Assembly (NCBI RefSeq): GCF_057098645.1
Contig: NZ_CM169472.1
Strand: one strand, 5' to 3'
Length of the DNA: 64,000 nt
Of this stretch, positions 48,939 to 59,700 are shown piece after piece. Under the pieces are notes generated by a model, which worked only from the letters and a program-made list of their open reading frames with translations, had not been told where the DNA came from and made no database searches. The translations under genes were made by a program, and so were the position numbers. Position 1 is the first letter of the stretch, and each line of letters begins with the position of its first letter.

Positions 48939-49796
48939 ATGTCAATTAAAACAATTAAGTATTTCTCAACAATCATTGTAGCGATAGTTGCGGTTCTTGC
49001 CGGATGGTGGTTGTGGAATTATTACATGCAATCTCCGTGGACACGCGACGGGAAAATACGCGCAGAACAGGTTTCTATCACCCCACAGGTGTCGGGACGT
49101 ATTGTTGAGCTGAATATAAAAGACAACCAGCTGGTTAACGCAGGGGATCTTCTGCTCACGATCGATAAAACGCCCTTTCAGATCGCCGAGCTGAATGCAC
49201 AGGCTCAGCTGGCGAAAGCGCAATCTGACCTCGCAAAAGCCAATAACGAAGCGAATCGTCGTCGTCATCTCTCACAAAATTTTATTTCTGCCGAAGAACT
49301 CGATACCGCTAACCTCAATGTTAAAGCGATGCAGGCCAGTGTTAATGCCGCACAGGCGACGCTGAAACAGACACAATGGCAACTGGCGCAAACGGAAATT
49401 CGCGCCCCGGTGAGTGGATGGGTGACTAACCTCACTACCCGCATCGGCGATTACGCTGACACCGGGAAACCGCTTTTTGCCCTTGTCGACAGCCACTCGT
49501 TTTACGTCATTGGTTATTTTGAAGAAACCAAGTTGCGCCATATCCGCGAAGGTGCACCAGCACAAATTACCCTCTATAGTGATAACAAAACGTTACAGGG
49601 TCACGTTTCCAGTATCGGTCGGGCGATTTATGATCAGAGCGTTGAAAGTGACTCAAGCCTTATTCCGGATGTGAAACCTAACGTCCCCTGGGTTCGTCTC
49701 GCCCAACGCGTTCCCGTCCGCTTTGCGCTGGATAAAGTTCCAGGCGATGTCACGCTGGTGTCGGGCACCACCTGTAGCATTGCCGTAGGTCAATAA
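48939..49796 (+). CDS. ydhJ: Membrane-fusion (HlyD-family) protein of a putative AaeAB-like efflux system
   Basis: ORF 48897-49796; start at the internal Met MSIKTIKYF gives 285 aa. Confidence 0.85.
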   Translation: MSIKTIKYFSTIIVAIVAVLAGWWLWNYYMQSPWTRDGKIRAEQVSITPQVSGRIVELNIKDNQLVNAGDLLLTIDKTPFQIAELNAQAQLAKAQSDLAKANNEANRRRHLSQNFISAEELDTANLNVKAMQASVNAAQATLKQTQWQLAQTEIRAPVSGWVTNLTTRIGDYADTGKPLFALVDSHSFYVIGYFEETKLRHIREGAPAQITLYSDNKTLQGHVSSIGRAIYDQSVESDSSLIPDVKPNVPWVRLAQRVPVRFALDKVPGDVTLVSGTTCSIAVGQ

Positions 49797-51808
49797 TGAA
49801 CGCATCGTCATGGTCCTTGCGCAATTTGCCCTGGTTCAGGGCCACGCTGGCGCAATGGCGTTATGCGTTACGCAATACCATTGCCATGTGTCTGGCGCTG
49901 ACGGTTGCCTATTATTTGAATCTGGATGAACCCTATTGGGCGATGACCTCGGCTGCAGTGGTTAGCTTTCCCACCGTTGGCGGTGTCATCAGCAAAAGCC
50001 TCGGACGCATCGCTGGCAGTTTACTGGGAGCCATTGCGGCACTGCTTCTTGCCGGGCATACGCTCAATGAGCCGTGGTTTTTTCTATTGAGCATGTTGGC
50101 GTGGCTTGGCTTTTGTACCTGGGCCTGTGCGCACTTCACGAATAACGTCGCGTATGCATTTCAACTGGCGGGCTACACGGCTGCCATCATCGCCTTTCCG
50201 ATGGTTAATATTACTGAGGCCAGCCAGCTGTGGGATATCGCTCAGGCGCGCGTTTGCGAGGTGATTGTCGGTATTTTGTGCGGCGGCATGATGATGATGA
50301 TCCTGCCTAGCAGTTCCGATGCTACAGCCCTTTTAACCGCATTGAAAAACATGCACGCCCGATTACTGGAACATGCCAGTTTACTCTGGCAGCCTGAAAC
50401 AACCGATGCCATTCGTGCAGCACATGAAGGGGTGATTGGGCAGATACTGACCATGAATTTGCTGCGTATCCAGGCTTTCTGGAGCCACTATCGTTTTCGC
50501 CAGCAAAACGCGCGCCTTAATGCGCTACTCCACCAGCAATTACGTATGACCAGTGTCATCTCCAGCCTGCGACGTATGTTGCTCAACTGGCCCTCACCGC
50601 CAGGTGCCACGCGAGAAATTCTCGAACAGTTGCTGACGGCGCTCGCCAGTTCGCAAACAGATGTTTACACCGTCGCACGTATTATCGCCCCGCTACGCCC
50701 GACCAACGTCGCCGACTATCGGCACGTCGCCTTCTGGCAGCGACTACGTTATTTTTGCCGCCTTTATCTGCAAAGTAGTCAGGAATTACATCGTCTGCAA
50801 AGCGGTGTAGATGAACATGCCAGACTCCCACGGACATCCGGCCTGGCTCGTCATACCGATAACGCCGAAGCTATGTGGAGCGGGCTGCGTACATTTTGTA
50901 CGTTGATGATGATTGGCGCATGGAGTATTGCTTCGCAATGGGATGCCGGTGCCAATGCATTAACGCTGGCAGCAATTAGCTGCGTACTCTACTCCGCCGT
51001 CGCAGCACCGTTTAAGTCGTTGTCACTGCTGATGCGCACGCTGGTGTTACTTTCGCTATTCAGCTTTGTGGTCAAATTTGGTCTGATGGTCCAGATTAGC
51101 GATCTGTGGCAATTTTTACTGTTTCTCTTTCCACTGCTGGCGACAATGCAGCTTCTTAAATTGCAGATGCCAAAATTTGCCGCACTGTGGGGGCAACTGA
51201 TTGTTTTTATGGGTTCGTTTATCGCTGTCACTAATCCCCCGGTGTATGATTTTGCTGATTTTCTTAACGATAATCTGGCGAAAATCGTTGGCGTCGCGTT
51301 GGCGTGGTTAGCGTTCGCCATTCTGCGTCCAGGATCGGATGCTCGTAAAAGCCGCCGCCATATTCGCGCGCTGCGTCGGGATTTTGTCGATCAACTAAGC
51401 CGCCATCCAACACTGAGTGAAAGCGAATTTGAATCGCTCACTTATCATCACGTCAGTCAGTTGAGTAACAGCCAGGATGCGCTGGCTCGCCGTTGGTTAT
51501 TACGCTGGGGTGTAGTGCTGCTGAACTGTTCTCATGTTGTCTGGCAATTACGCGACTGGGAATCGCGTTCCGATCCGTTATCGCGAGTACGGGATAACTG
51601 TATTTCACTGTTGCGGGGAGTGATGAGTGAGCGTGGCGTTCAGCAAAAATCACTGGCGGCCACACTTGAAGAATTACAGCGGATTTGCGACAGCCTTGCC
51701 CGTCATCATCAACCTGCCGCCCGTGAGCTGGCGGCAATTGTCTGGCGGCTGTACTGCTCGCTTTCGCAACTTGAGCAAGCACCACCGCAAGGTACGCTGG
51801 CCTCTTAA
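49796..51808 (+). CDS. ydhK: FUSC/AaeB-family efflux transporter
   Basis: 670-aa membrane ORF; start overlaps the ydhJ stop. Confidence 0.85.
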   Translation: MNASSWSLRNLPWFRATLAQWRYALRNTIAMCLALTVAYYLNLDEPYWAMTSAAVVSFPTVGGVISKSLGRIAGSLLGAIAALLLAGHTLNEPWFFLLSMLAWLGFCTWACAHFTNNVAYAFQLAGYTAAIIAFPMVNITEASQLWDIAQARVCEVIVGILCGGMMMMILPSSSDATALLTALKNMHARLLEHASLLWQPETTDAIRAAHEGVIGQILTMNLLRIQAFWSHYRFRQQNARLNALLHQQLRMTSVISSLRRMLLNWPSPPGATREILEQLLTALASSQTDVYTVARIIAPLRPTNVADYRHVAFWQRLRYFCRLYLQSSQELHRLQSGVDEHARLPRTSGLARHTDNAEAMWSGLRTFCTLMMIGAWSIASQWDAGANALTLAAISCVLYSAVAAPFKSLSLLMRTLVLLSLFSFVVKFGLMVQISDLWQFLLFLFPLLATMQLLKLQMPKFAALWGQLIVFMGSFIAVTNPPVYDFADFLNDNLAKIVGVALAWLAFAILRPGSDARKSRRHIRALRRDFVDQLSRHPTLSESEFESLTYHHVSQLSNSQDALARRWLLRWGVVLLNCSHVVWQLRDWESRSDPLSRVRDNCISLLRGVMSERGVQQKSLAATLEELQRICDSLARHHQPAARELAAIVWRLYCSLSQLEQAPPQGTLAS

Positions 51809-52330
51809 TTACTTAATTACACCACAGGCATAGCGTTCACCGCCACCGCCCAGCGGTTTAGGTTGATCGGACATATTATCGCCGCCAACGTGGACCATCA
51901 GCGCTTTGTCTTTGATTTCATCCAGTGATTTCAGACGAGGCGCGATGACGGCATCGGTAGCTTTGCCGTCATTATTGACGACCAGTGCAGGCAGATCGCC
52001 TAAATGCCCGGCACCTTCTGGCCCTTCATGTTTACCGGTATTTTGTGGATCAAGATGCCCGCCTGCGGATTCCGCGGCGCTGGCTTTGCCATCTTTGGTG
52101 GCTGGCTGGCAGCTTCCTTTGGCATGAATATGGAAGCCATGTTCACCGGGGGGTAATGCTTTCAGATCGGGCGAAAACTCCAGACCTTTATCGGTTTCAG
52201 TAATGGTGACGCTACCAATTGACTGCCCAACCCCTTGCGACGTGACGAGGTTCATCTCGACTTTTTCACTGGCAGCTTGTGCGCCGGTCGCAACAACCAG
52301 CGCCAGAATAGCCAGACTAAAACGTTTCAT
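51809..52330 (-). CDS. sodC: Periplasmic Cu,Zn superoxide dismutase
   Basis: ORF 51809-52381; start at MKRFSLAILALVVATGAQA (signal peptide) gives 173 aa; Cu/Zn SOD His motifs. Confidence 0.92.
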   Translation of the reverse strand: MKRFSLAILALVVATGAQAASEKVEMNLVTSQGVGQSIGSVTITETDKGLEFSPDLKALPPGEHGFHIHAKGSCQPATKDGKASAAESAGGHLDPQNTGKHEGPEGAGHLGDLPALVVNNDGKATDAVIAPRLKSLDEIKDKALMVHVGGDNMSDQPKPLGGGGERYACGVIK

Positions 52331-52410
52331 AGGACCTCCGTTCATTGTGCATTCCTGAATAAGTGTAAACCAGTGACACATTTTTGAACGGCGGCTATTC
52401 CTAAAAGTGC

Positions 52411-53307
52411 TTACGGTACGTCGTAACCCAGTGCCGCTTTACGGATACGAAACCATTGTTGACGGGTCATTTTCAGTGTTTCTGCTTCGACAGCTGCCCG
52501 TACGCGCTCAATTTTACCTGAGCCGATAATTGGCAGCGGCTGCGATGGTAAACGTAATACCCAGGCGTAAACCACCTGTTCAATCGAGCCCGCGTTTAAC
52601 TCCTCTGCCACCACAGCCAGTTCATCACGCAGCGGCTGGAAATAATCATCATTAAACAGACGACCACCACCAAGGCAGGACCACGCCATCGGACGAACAC
52701 GCAGTTGTTGCAGTTGGTCGAGCGTGCCATCCAGCAGTAACGGCTGATGTACCGGGGATATTTCCACCTGATTAGTGGCAAGGGTAAACGGCAGACGTGA
52801 TTGCAACAGGGCAAATTGCGCAGGCGTAAAGTTCGATACGCCAAAATGACGCACTTTGCCGCTCTGATGCAGATGTTTGAACGCGTCCGCCACTTCATCG
52901 GCATCCATTAACGGGTCCGGGCGGTGGATTAACAGCAGATCCAGATGATCGGTCGCAAGATTAATTAGCGACTGTTCGGCGCTCTTAATGATGTGATCGC
53001 GGTCAGTGATGTAATGACCAATGACGTTTTCTTCACGCGCGGTCGTCGCGATACCGCATTTACTGACGATTTCCATCCGCTCACGCAGGTGAGGTGCCAG
53101 TTTCAGCGCCTCGCCAAACGCCGCTTCGCACTGATAGCCACCATAAATATCAGCATGGTCCACGGTGGTCACGCCGAGATCCAGATGCTCTTCAATAAAA
53201 CTGACCAGCTGGCGGGCGGACATGTTCCAGTCCATCAATCGCCAGTAGCCCATCACAAAACGGGAAAACTCCGGGCCTTGCGGCGCAATAGTAATACGCT
53301 GAACCAT
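52411..53307 (-). CDS. ydhF: Aldo/keto reductase-family oxidoreductase
   Basis: 298-aa ORF; synteny. Confidence 0.88.
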   Translation of the reverse strand: MVQRITIAPQGPEFSRFVMGYWRLMDWNMSARQLVSFIEEHLDLGVTTVDHADIYGGYQCEAAFGEALKLAPHLRERMEIVSKCGIATTAREENVIGHYITDRDHIIKSAEQSLINLATDHLDLLLIHRPDPLMDADEVADAFKHLHQSGKVRHFGVSNFTPAQFALLQSRLPFTLATNQVEISPVHQPLLLDGTLDQLQQLRVRPMAWSCLGGGRLFNDDYFQPLRDELAVVAEELNAGSIEQVVYAWVLRLPSQPLPIIGSGKIERVRAAVEAETLKMTRQQWFRIRKAALGYDVP

Positions 53308-53355
53308 AATCGCTTCCTCTTATCAGATATGAGAGGAGTATACGCAAGATTAGGC

Positions 53356-53595
53356 TCAAAAGAGTGATGGTTGCTCCGGTTCGTCTGATGACGCTGGCTT
53401 ATTTGCACGTAATTTGCGCATTAATCGTTGCCGACAAAGGCGCAGCACCTCTTGTTTTTCGCCATCGCTCATTTTATTCCAGTTAAAACGCTCATCCCGA
53501 CTACGAAAACAGCCGCGACAAAACCCGCGTTCGTCAGACTGGCAAATTCCCCGGCACGGGCTCTGGACGGGAAAGAACTCTAATTGCTCCGCCAC
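53356..53595 (-). CDS. ydhL: DUF1289-family small Cys-rich protein
   Basis: C-terminal 79 codons of the 136-aa ORF, starting at an in-frame GTG (Val58); conserved Cys motif (CRGICQSDERGFCRGC). Confidence 0.6.
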   Translation of the reverse strand: MAEQLEFFPVQSPCRGICQSDERGFCRGCFRSRDERFNWNKMSDGEKQEVLRLCRQRLMRKLRANKPASSDEPEQPSLF

Positions 53596-53667
53596 TTCGC
53601 CCTCCTCAAATAAGATTATTACCATTATTGAAGCTGTTAATGCCCAAAGTAGCAACTTTGCTTGCAC

Positions 53668-53683
53668 TAGACCGACTGGTCTA
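53668..53683. promoter_or_regulatory. NemR operator-like box TAGACCGACTGGTCTA
   Basis: Inverted repeat TAGACC-N4-GGTCTA about 15 bp upstream of the nemR start. Confidence 0.6.
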
Positions 53684-53697
53684 CTACACTCCAACGC

Positions 53698-54297
53698 ATG
53701 AACAAACACACCGAACATGATACTCGCGAACATCTCCTGGCGACGGGCGAGCAACTTTGCCTGCAACGTGGATTCACCGGGATGGGGCTAAGCGAATTAC
53801 TAAAAACCGCTGAAGTGCCGAAAGGGTCCTTCTATCACTACTTTCGCTCTAAAGAAGCGTTTGGCGTAGCCATGCTTGAGCGCCATTACGCCGCATATCA
53901 CCAGCGACTGACTGAGTTGCTGCAATCCGGCGAAGGTAACTACCGCGACCGCATACTGGCTTATTACCAGCAAACACTGAACCAGTTTTGCCAACATGGA
54001 ACCATCAGTGGTTGCCTGACAGTAAAACTCTCTGCCGAAGTGTGCGATCTGTCAGAAGATATGCGTAGCGCGATGGATAAAGGCGCTCGCGGCGTGATCG
54101 CCCTGCTCTCGCAGGCTCTGGAAAATGGCCGTGATAGCCATTGTTTAACCTTTTGTGGCGAACCGCTGCAACAGGCACAAGTGCTTTACGCACTATGGCT
54201 GGGTGCGAATCTGCAGGCCAAAATTTCGCGCAATTCCGAGCCACTGGAAAACGCGCTGGCACATGTAAAAACCATTATTGCGACGCCTGCCGTTTAG
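53698..54297 (+). CDS. nemR: TetR-family electrophile-sensing repressor NemR
   Basis: 199-aa ORF with an N-terminal TetR HTH. Confidence 0.92.
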   Translation: MNKHTEHDTREHLLATGEQLCLQRGFTGMGLSELLKTAEVPKGSFYHYFRSKEAFGVAMLERHYAAYHQRLTELLQSGEGNYRDRILAYYQQTLNQFCQHGTISGCLTVKLSAEVCDLSEDMRSAMDKGARGVIALLSQALENGRDSHCLTFCGEPLQQAQVLYALWLGANLQAKISRNSEPLENALAHVKTIIATPAV

Positions 54298-54333
54298 CAG
54301 GCATTTTTTATCACCAGACGACCGGGAGCCTTT

Positions 54334-55431
54334 ATGTCATCTGAAAAACTGTATTCCCCACTGAAAGTGGGCGCAATAACTGCGGCAAACCGTATTTTTA
54401 TGGCACCGCTGACGCGTCTGCGCAGTATTGAACCGGGTGACATCCCTACCCCGTTGATGGCGGAATACTATCGCCAACGTGCCAGTGCCGGTTTGATTAT
54501 TAGCGAAGCCACGCAAATTTCTGCCCAGGCAAAAGGGTATGCTGGTGCACCTGGCATCCATAGTCCGGAACAAATTGCCGCATGGAAAAAAATTACCGCT
54601 GGCGTTCATGCTGAAAATGGTCATATGGCCGTACAGCTGTGGCACACCGGACGCATTTCTCACGCCAGCCTGCAACCTGGCGGTCAGGCACCGGTAGCGC
54701 CTTCAGCACTTAGCGCGGGAACACGTACTTCTCTGCGCGATGAAAATGGTCAGGCGATCCGTGTTGAAACATCCATGCCGCGTGCGCTTGAACTGGAAGA
54801 GATTCCAGGTATCGTCAATGATTTCCGTCAGGCCATTGCTAACGCGCGTGAAGCCGGTTTTGATCTGGTAGAGCTCCACTCTGCTCACGGTTATTTGCTG
54901 CATCAGTTCCTTTCCCCTTCTTCAAACCATCGTACCGATCAGTACGGCGGCAGCGTGGAAAATCGCGCACGTTTGGTACTGGAAGTGGTCGATGCCGGGA
55001 TTGAAGAATGGGGTGCCGATCGCATTGGCATTCGCGTTTCGCCAATCGGTACTTTCCAGAACACAGATAACGGCCCGAATGAAGAAGCCGATGCACTGTA
55101 TCTGATTGAACAACTGGGTAAACGCGGCATTGCTTATCTGCATATGTCAGAACCAGATTGGGCGGGAGGTGAACCGTATACTGATGCGTTCCGCGAAAAA
55201 GTACGCGCCCGTTTCCACGGTCCGATTATCGGCGCAGGTGCATACACGGTAGAAAAAGCCGAAACGCTGATTGGCAAAGGGTTAATTGATGCGGTGGCAT
55301 TTGGTCGTGACTGGATTGCGAACCCGGATCTGGTCGCCCGCTTGCAGCGCAAAGCTGAGCTTAACCCACAGCGTGCTGAAAGTTTCTATGGTGGCGGTGC
55401 GGAAGGCTACACTGATTACCCGACGTTGTAA
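54334..55431 (+). CDS. nemA: N-ethylmaleimide reductase (Old Yellow Enzyme family, FMN)
   Basis: 365-aa [31 protein letters not shown]... Confidence 0.93.
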
Positions 55432-55511
55432 TCCAACATTGCGAGCGGCGCAAAGCCGCCGCTATACTAAAACAACATTTTGAATCTGTTAGCCATTTTG
55501 AGGATAAAAAG

Positions 55512-55919
55512 ATGCGTCTTCTTCATACCATGCTGCGCGTTGGCGATTTGCAACGCTCCATCGATTTTTATACCAAAGTTCTGGGCATGAAACTGCTGCG
55601 TACCAGCGAAAACCCGGAATACAAATACTCACTGGCGTTTGTTGGCTACGGCCCGGAAACCGAAGAAGCGGTGATTGAACTGACCTACAACTGGGGCGTG
55701 GATAAATACGAACTCGGCACTGCTTATGGTCACATCGCGCTTAGCGTAGATAATGCCGCTGAAGCGTGCGAAAAAATCCGTCAAAACGGGGGTAACGTGA
55801 CCCGTGAAGCGGGTCCGGTAAAAGGCGGTACTACGGTTATCGCGTTTGTGGAAGATCCGGACGGTTACAAAATTGAGTTAATCGAAGAGAAAGACGCCGG
55901 TCGCGGTCTGGGCAACTAA
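55512..55919 (+). CDS. gloA: Glyoxalase I (lactoylglutathione lyase)
   Basis: 135-aa [33 protein letters not shown]... Confidence 0.95.
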
Positions 55920-56021
55920 TCTCCTGCCGGGCGCGAACTCATCGCGCCCGCATCTTTACTGCATCGACAAGTAATATTTGTCATAATGCGCGCTGCAATT
56001 TATCCGTATTAAGAGAATCAG

Positions 56022-56669
56022 ATGTCCGATAACGCTCAACTTACCGGTCTGTGCGACCGTTTTCGTGGTTTTTATCCTGTTGTGATCGATGTTGAAACAG
56101 CTGGATTTAACGCCAAAACCGATGCGCTGCTTGAGATTGCCGCCATCACCCTGAAAATGGATGAACAAGGCTGGCTGATGCCGGACACCACATTACATTT
56201 CCACGTCGAACCATTTGTCGGCGCAAATTTGCAGCCAGAGGCCCTCGCCTTCAACGGCATTGACCCGAACGATCCCGATCGCGGCGCGGTCAGCGAATAC
56301 GAGGCGCTGCACGAAATTTTTAAAGTTGTACGTAAAGGTATTAAAGCGAGCGGCTGTAACCGCGCCATTATGGTGGCACACAACGCCAATTTCGATCACA
56401 GCTTTATGATGGCCGCCGCTGAACGCGCCTCACTGAAACGTAACCCGTTCCACCCTTTCGCCACTTTTGACACTGCTGCACTGGCCGGGCTGGCACTCGG
56501 ACAAACCGTATTGTCAAAGGCTTGCCAGACCGCTGGCATGGACTTCGACAGCACCCAGGCGCACTCCGCGCTGTACGACACCGAACGCACTGCGGTGCTG
56601 TTTTGTGAAATCGTCAACCGCTGGAAACGTCTGGGAGGCTGGCCGCTACCTGCCGCCGAAGAGGTGTAA
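56022..56669 (+). CDS. rnt: Ribonuclease T (DEDDh exonuclease)
   Basis: 215-aa ORF with the DEDD exonuclease motif (VVIDVETAG). Confidence 0.95.
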
Positions 56670-56761
56670 TCGAGTCGATGCCTGATGACATGCAATGATT
56701 CAGGCATCTATAGTGAGGCTATTCCACGCATCATGCATGATATTCACGGGGAATAGCGTTA

Positions 56762-59700
56762 ATGGCAGATAATCCAAACCCTTCATCGCCCCTGCCGGAC
56801 GTGTTTTCACCGGCGACCCGCGACTGGTTTCTTCGCGCCTTTAAACAGCCGACCGCTGTCCAGTCGCAAACCTGGCATGTGGCGGCGCGAGGCGAACATG
56901 CGCTGGTGATTGCACCGACCGGCTCCGGGAAAACGCTGGCAGCATTTCTCTACGCCCTCGATCGGCTCTTCCGCGAAGGCGGCGAAGATACCCGCGAGGC
57001 GCATAAGCGTAAAACCTCACGCATTCTCTATATTTCACCGATAAAAGCCCTGGGCACCGACGTTCAGCGCAACTTACAGATCCCGTTACAGGGTATTGCC
57101 GATGAACGGCGGCGGCGCGGCGAAACGGAAGTCAATCTTCGCGTGGGGATCCGTACTGGCGATACGCCTGCACAGGAACGCAGCAAACTCACCCGTAATC
57201 CGCCGGATATTCTGATCACCACACCCGAATCACTCTATCTGATGCTGACCTCCCGCGCGCGCGAAACGCTACGCGGCGTCGAAACGGTAATTATTGATGA
57301 AGTCCACGCGGTAGCGGGCAGTAAACGTGGTGCGCATCTGGCGTTAAGTCTGGAGCGGCTCGATGCGCTGCTCCACACCTCAGCACAGCGAATTGGCCTT
57401 TCTGCCACTGTGCGCTCAGCCAGCGATGTGGCAGCATTTCTTGGCGGCGATCGCCCGGTTACGGTAGTCAACCCGCCCGCAATGCGCCATCCGCAGATAC
57501 GGATTGTCGTACCAGTCGCCAATATGGATGATGTCTCACCGGTCGCCAGCGGCACTGGCGAAGACAGCCATGCCGGCCGGGAAGGCTCCATCTGGCCATA
57601 TATTGAAACGGGTATCCTTGATGAAGTGTTGCGCCATCGCTCGACCATTGTCTTTACTAATTCGCGGGGGCTGGCGGAAAAACTGACGGCACGATTAAAT
57701 GAGCTTTACGCCGCACGCTTACAGCGTTCCCCGTCTATCGCCGCTGATGCGGCCCATTTCGAGTCGACCTCTGGCGCAACCTCTAACCGTGTACAAAGTA
57801 GCGACGTTTTTATTGCCCGCTCACACCACGGCTCCGTCTCTAAAGAACAACGAGCAATCACCGAGCAGGCGCTGAAATCGGGTGAGTTACGCTGCGTGGT
57901 CGCAACTTCCAGTCTCGAACTGGGGATTGATATGGGCGCTGTGGATCTGGTGATTCAGGTGGCAACGCCGCTTTCTGTTGCCAGTGGGTTACAACGCATT
58001 GGACGTGCCGGACACCAGGTAGGAGGTATCTCCAAAGGGCTTTTTTTCCCCCGAACCCGGCGTGACTTAGTCGATTCCGCAGTCATTGTAGAGTGTATGT
58101 TCGCAGGCAGGCTGGAAAACCTGACACCTCCGCATAATCCACTCGACGTCCTTGCGCAGCAAACCGTTGCCGCCGCGGCGATGGATGCATTACAGGTAGA
58201 CGAATGGTACTCCCGCGTACGCCGTGCCGCACCGTGGAAAGATCTGCCAAGACGTGTTTTTGACGCCACGCTGGATATGCTTTCCGGGCGCTATCCCTCT
58301 GGCGATTTTTCTGCTTTTCGACCAAAACTGGTCTGGAACAGGGAGACCGGGATATTGACCGCCCGACCTGGCGCTCAGCTGTTGGCAGTTACCAGCGGTG
58401 GCACCATTCCGGATCGTGGCATGTATAGCGTGTTATTACCCGAAGGTGAAGAACAGGCCGGTTCGCGGCGGGTGGGTGAACTGGATGAGGAGATGGTATA
58501 TGAGTCGCGGGTGAACGATATTATCACTCTCGGCGCAACCTCATGGCGGATCCAGCAAATCACCCGCGATCAGGTGATTGTGACTCCTGCTCCGGGTCGT
58601 TCTGCCCGGCTCCCCTTCTGGCGTGGTGAAGGTAACGGACGTCCGGCTGAATTAGGCGAGATGATTGGCGATTTTCTTCATTTGCTGGCGGATGGAGCGT
58701 TCTTTTCCGGGACTATTCCCCCGTGGCTGGCTGAAGAAAATACGATCGCCAATATTCAGGGGTTGATTGACGAGCAGCGCAACGCGACGGGCATCGTTCC
58801 GGGGAGTCGTCATCTGGTCCTCGAACGGTGCCGTGATGAAATTGGCGACTGGCGTATTATTTTGCACTCTCCCTATGGAAGACGGGTGCATGAACCTTGG
58901 GCGCTGGCGATTGCCGGGCGAATACATGCGCTATGGGGCGCTGATGCGTCTGTGGTCGCCAGTGATGACGGCATTGTTGCGCGCATTCCTGACACTGATG
59001 GTAAATTGCCTGACGCCGCGATTTTTTTGTTTGAACCAGAAAAGTTGCTGCAAATTGTCCGCGAGGCGGTAGGCAGCTCAGCACTTTTCGCCGCCCGTTT
59101 TCGCGAATGCGCCGCGCGGGCGTTATTAATGCCGGGCCGCACGCCGGGCCATCGCACCCCGCTCTGGCAACAACGGCTGCGCGCCAGTCAGTTGCTGGAA
59201 ATCGCTCAGGGATATCCGGATTTTCCGGTCATTCTCGAAACCCTACGCGAATGTCTGCAAGATGTTTATGATCTTCCCGCACTGGAACGTTTGATGCGTC
59301 GCCTGAACGGTGGCGAAATTCAAATATCCGATGTAACGACTACTACGCCCTCGCCTTTCGCCACAAGTTTATTGTTCGGCTATGTCGCGGAATTTATGTA
59401 CCAGAGCGACGCCCCGCTGGCAGAGCGCCGGGCATCCGTACTGTCGCTGGACAGCGAGTTACTGCGCAATCTACTCGGACAGGTCGATCCGGGGGAATTA
59501 CTCGACCCGCAGGTCATTCGCCAGGTGGAAGAAGAGTTGCAACGACTGGCTCCTGGCAGAAGAGCGAAAGGTGAAGAAGGATTGTTCGACCTGCTGCGCG
59601 AACTGGGGCCAATGACCGTTGAAGACCTGGCGCAACGGCATACAGGCAGCAGTGAAGAGATTGCGTCGTATCTGGAAAATCTTCTTACAGTAAAACGAAT

